From NCBI GenBank assembly GCA_002269645.1, contig NIVC01001258.1, forward strand, positions 1-64,000: a DNA stretch of 64,000 nucleotides. Direction: 5' to 3'. Source of the stretch: Macrostomum lignano (lineage: Eukaryota). This document shows positions 63,813 through 64,000 of this stretch, in pieces. The notes under the pieces are model-generated. The model worked only from the letters and a program-made list of their open reading frames with translations, searched no databases and was not told the origin of the DNA. The first letter of the stretch is position 1; each line of letters begins with the position of its first letter. Made by a program: the position numbers and the translations under genes.

Positions 63813-64000
63813 ATAAGCCATACAGACATAACTCATCAAGCTTGGCATCAAATAAAAATAATCTCAATTGTCCAAGAAATTTTTTAAAAAGAAGCAAATG
63901 AATAAATAGCAATTGTACTCAGCAAAAGAGCATTAATTAAAAGCTTGTATATATATTTTAACGTGGCAATTAGTAGAGCGGTTACAACAAAAAGAATAGA

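Overview
Animal genomic DNA with spliced genes and GC-rich, Ala/Gly/Leu-rich exons inside extremely repeat-rich non-coding DNA. The style suggests an invertebrate, possibly a Macrostomum-like flatworm (inference only). Genes rebuilt by hand from splice sites and reading phase: an orphan signal-peptide exon (-, 8663-9062); sideroflexin (-, 3 exons); an ACP6-like histidine acid phosphatase (-, 4 coding exons); a divergent TRPM-like channel with N-terminal ankyrin repeats (+, at least 5 exons, one probable GC-AG intron); GFAT/GFPT (-, 8 exons, one phase conflict); an intronless Ser/Arg-rich ORF (+); and a two-exon helical protein (-). Nearly every intron holds its own tandem array (4-42 bp units), and most long ORFs in the supplied track are artefacts of these arrays. 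The AT-rich 47.9-55.8 kb block is a transposon graveyard: a mariner split by a Crypton-like element that itself contains a hAT-like element with a 5-bp TSD, followed by a Tc1 relic. Also present are two copies of a tRNA-derived CORE-SINE, a non-autonomous Helitron and a hAT MITE. There is no CRISPR array, rRNA or bona fide tRNA gene. Protein and TE family assignments come from remembered motifs; no database search was run.
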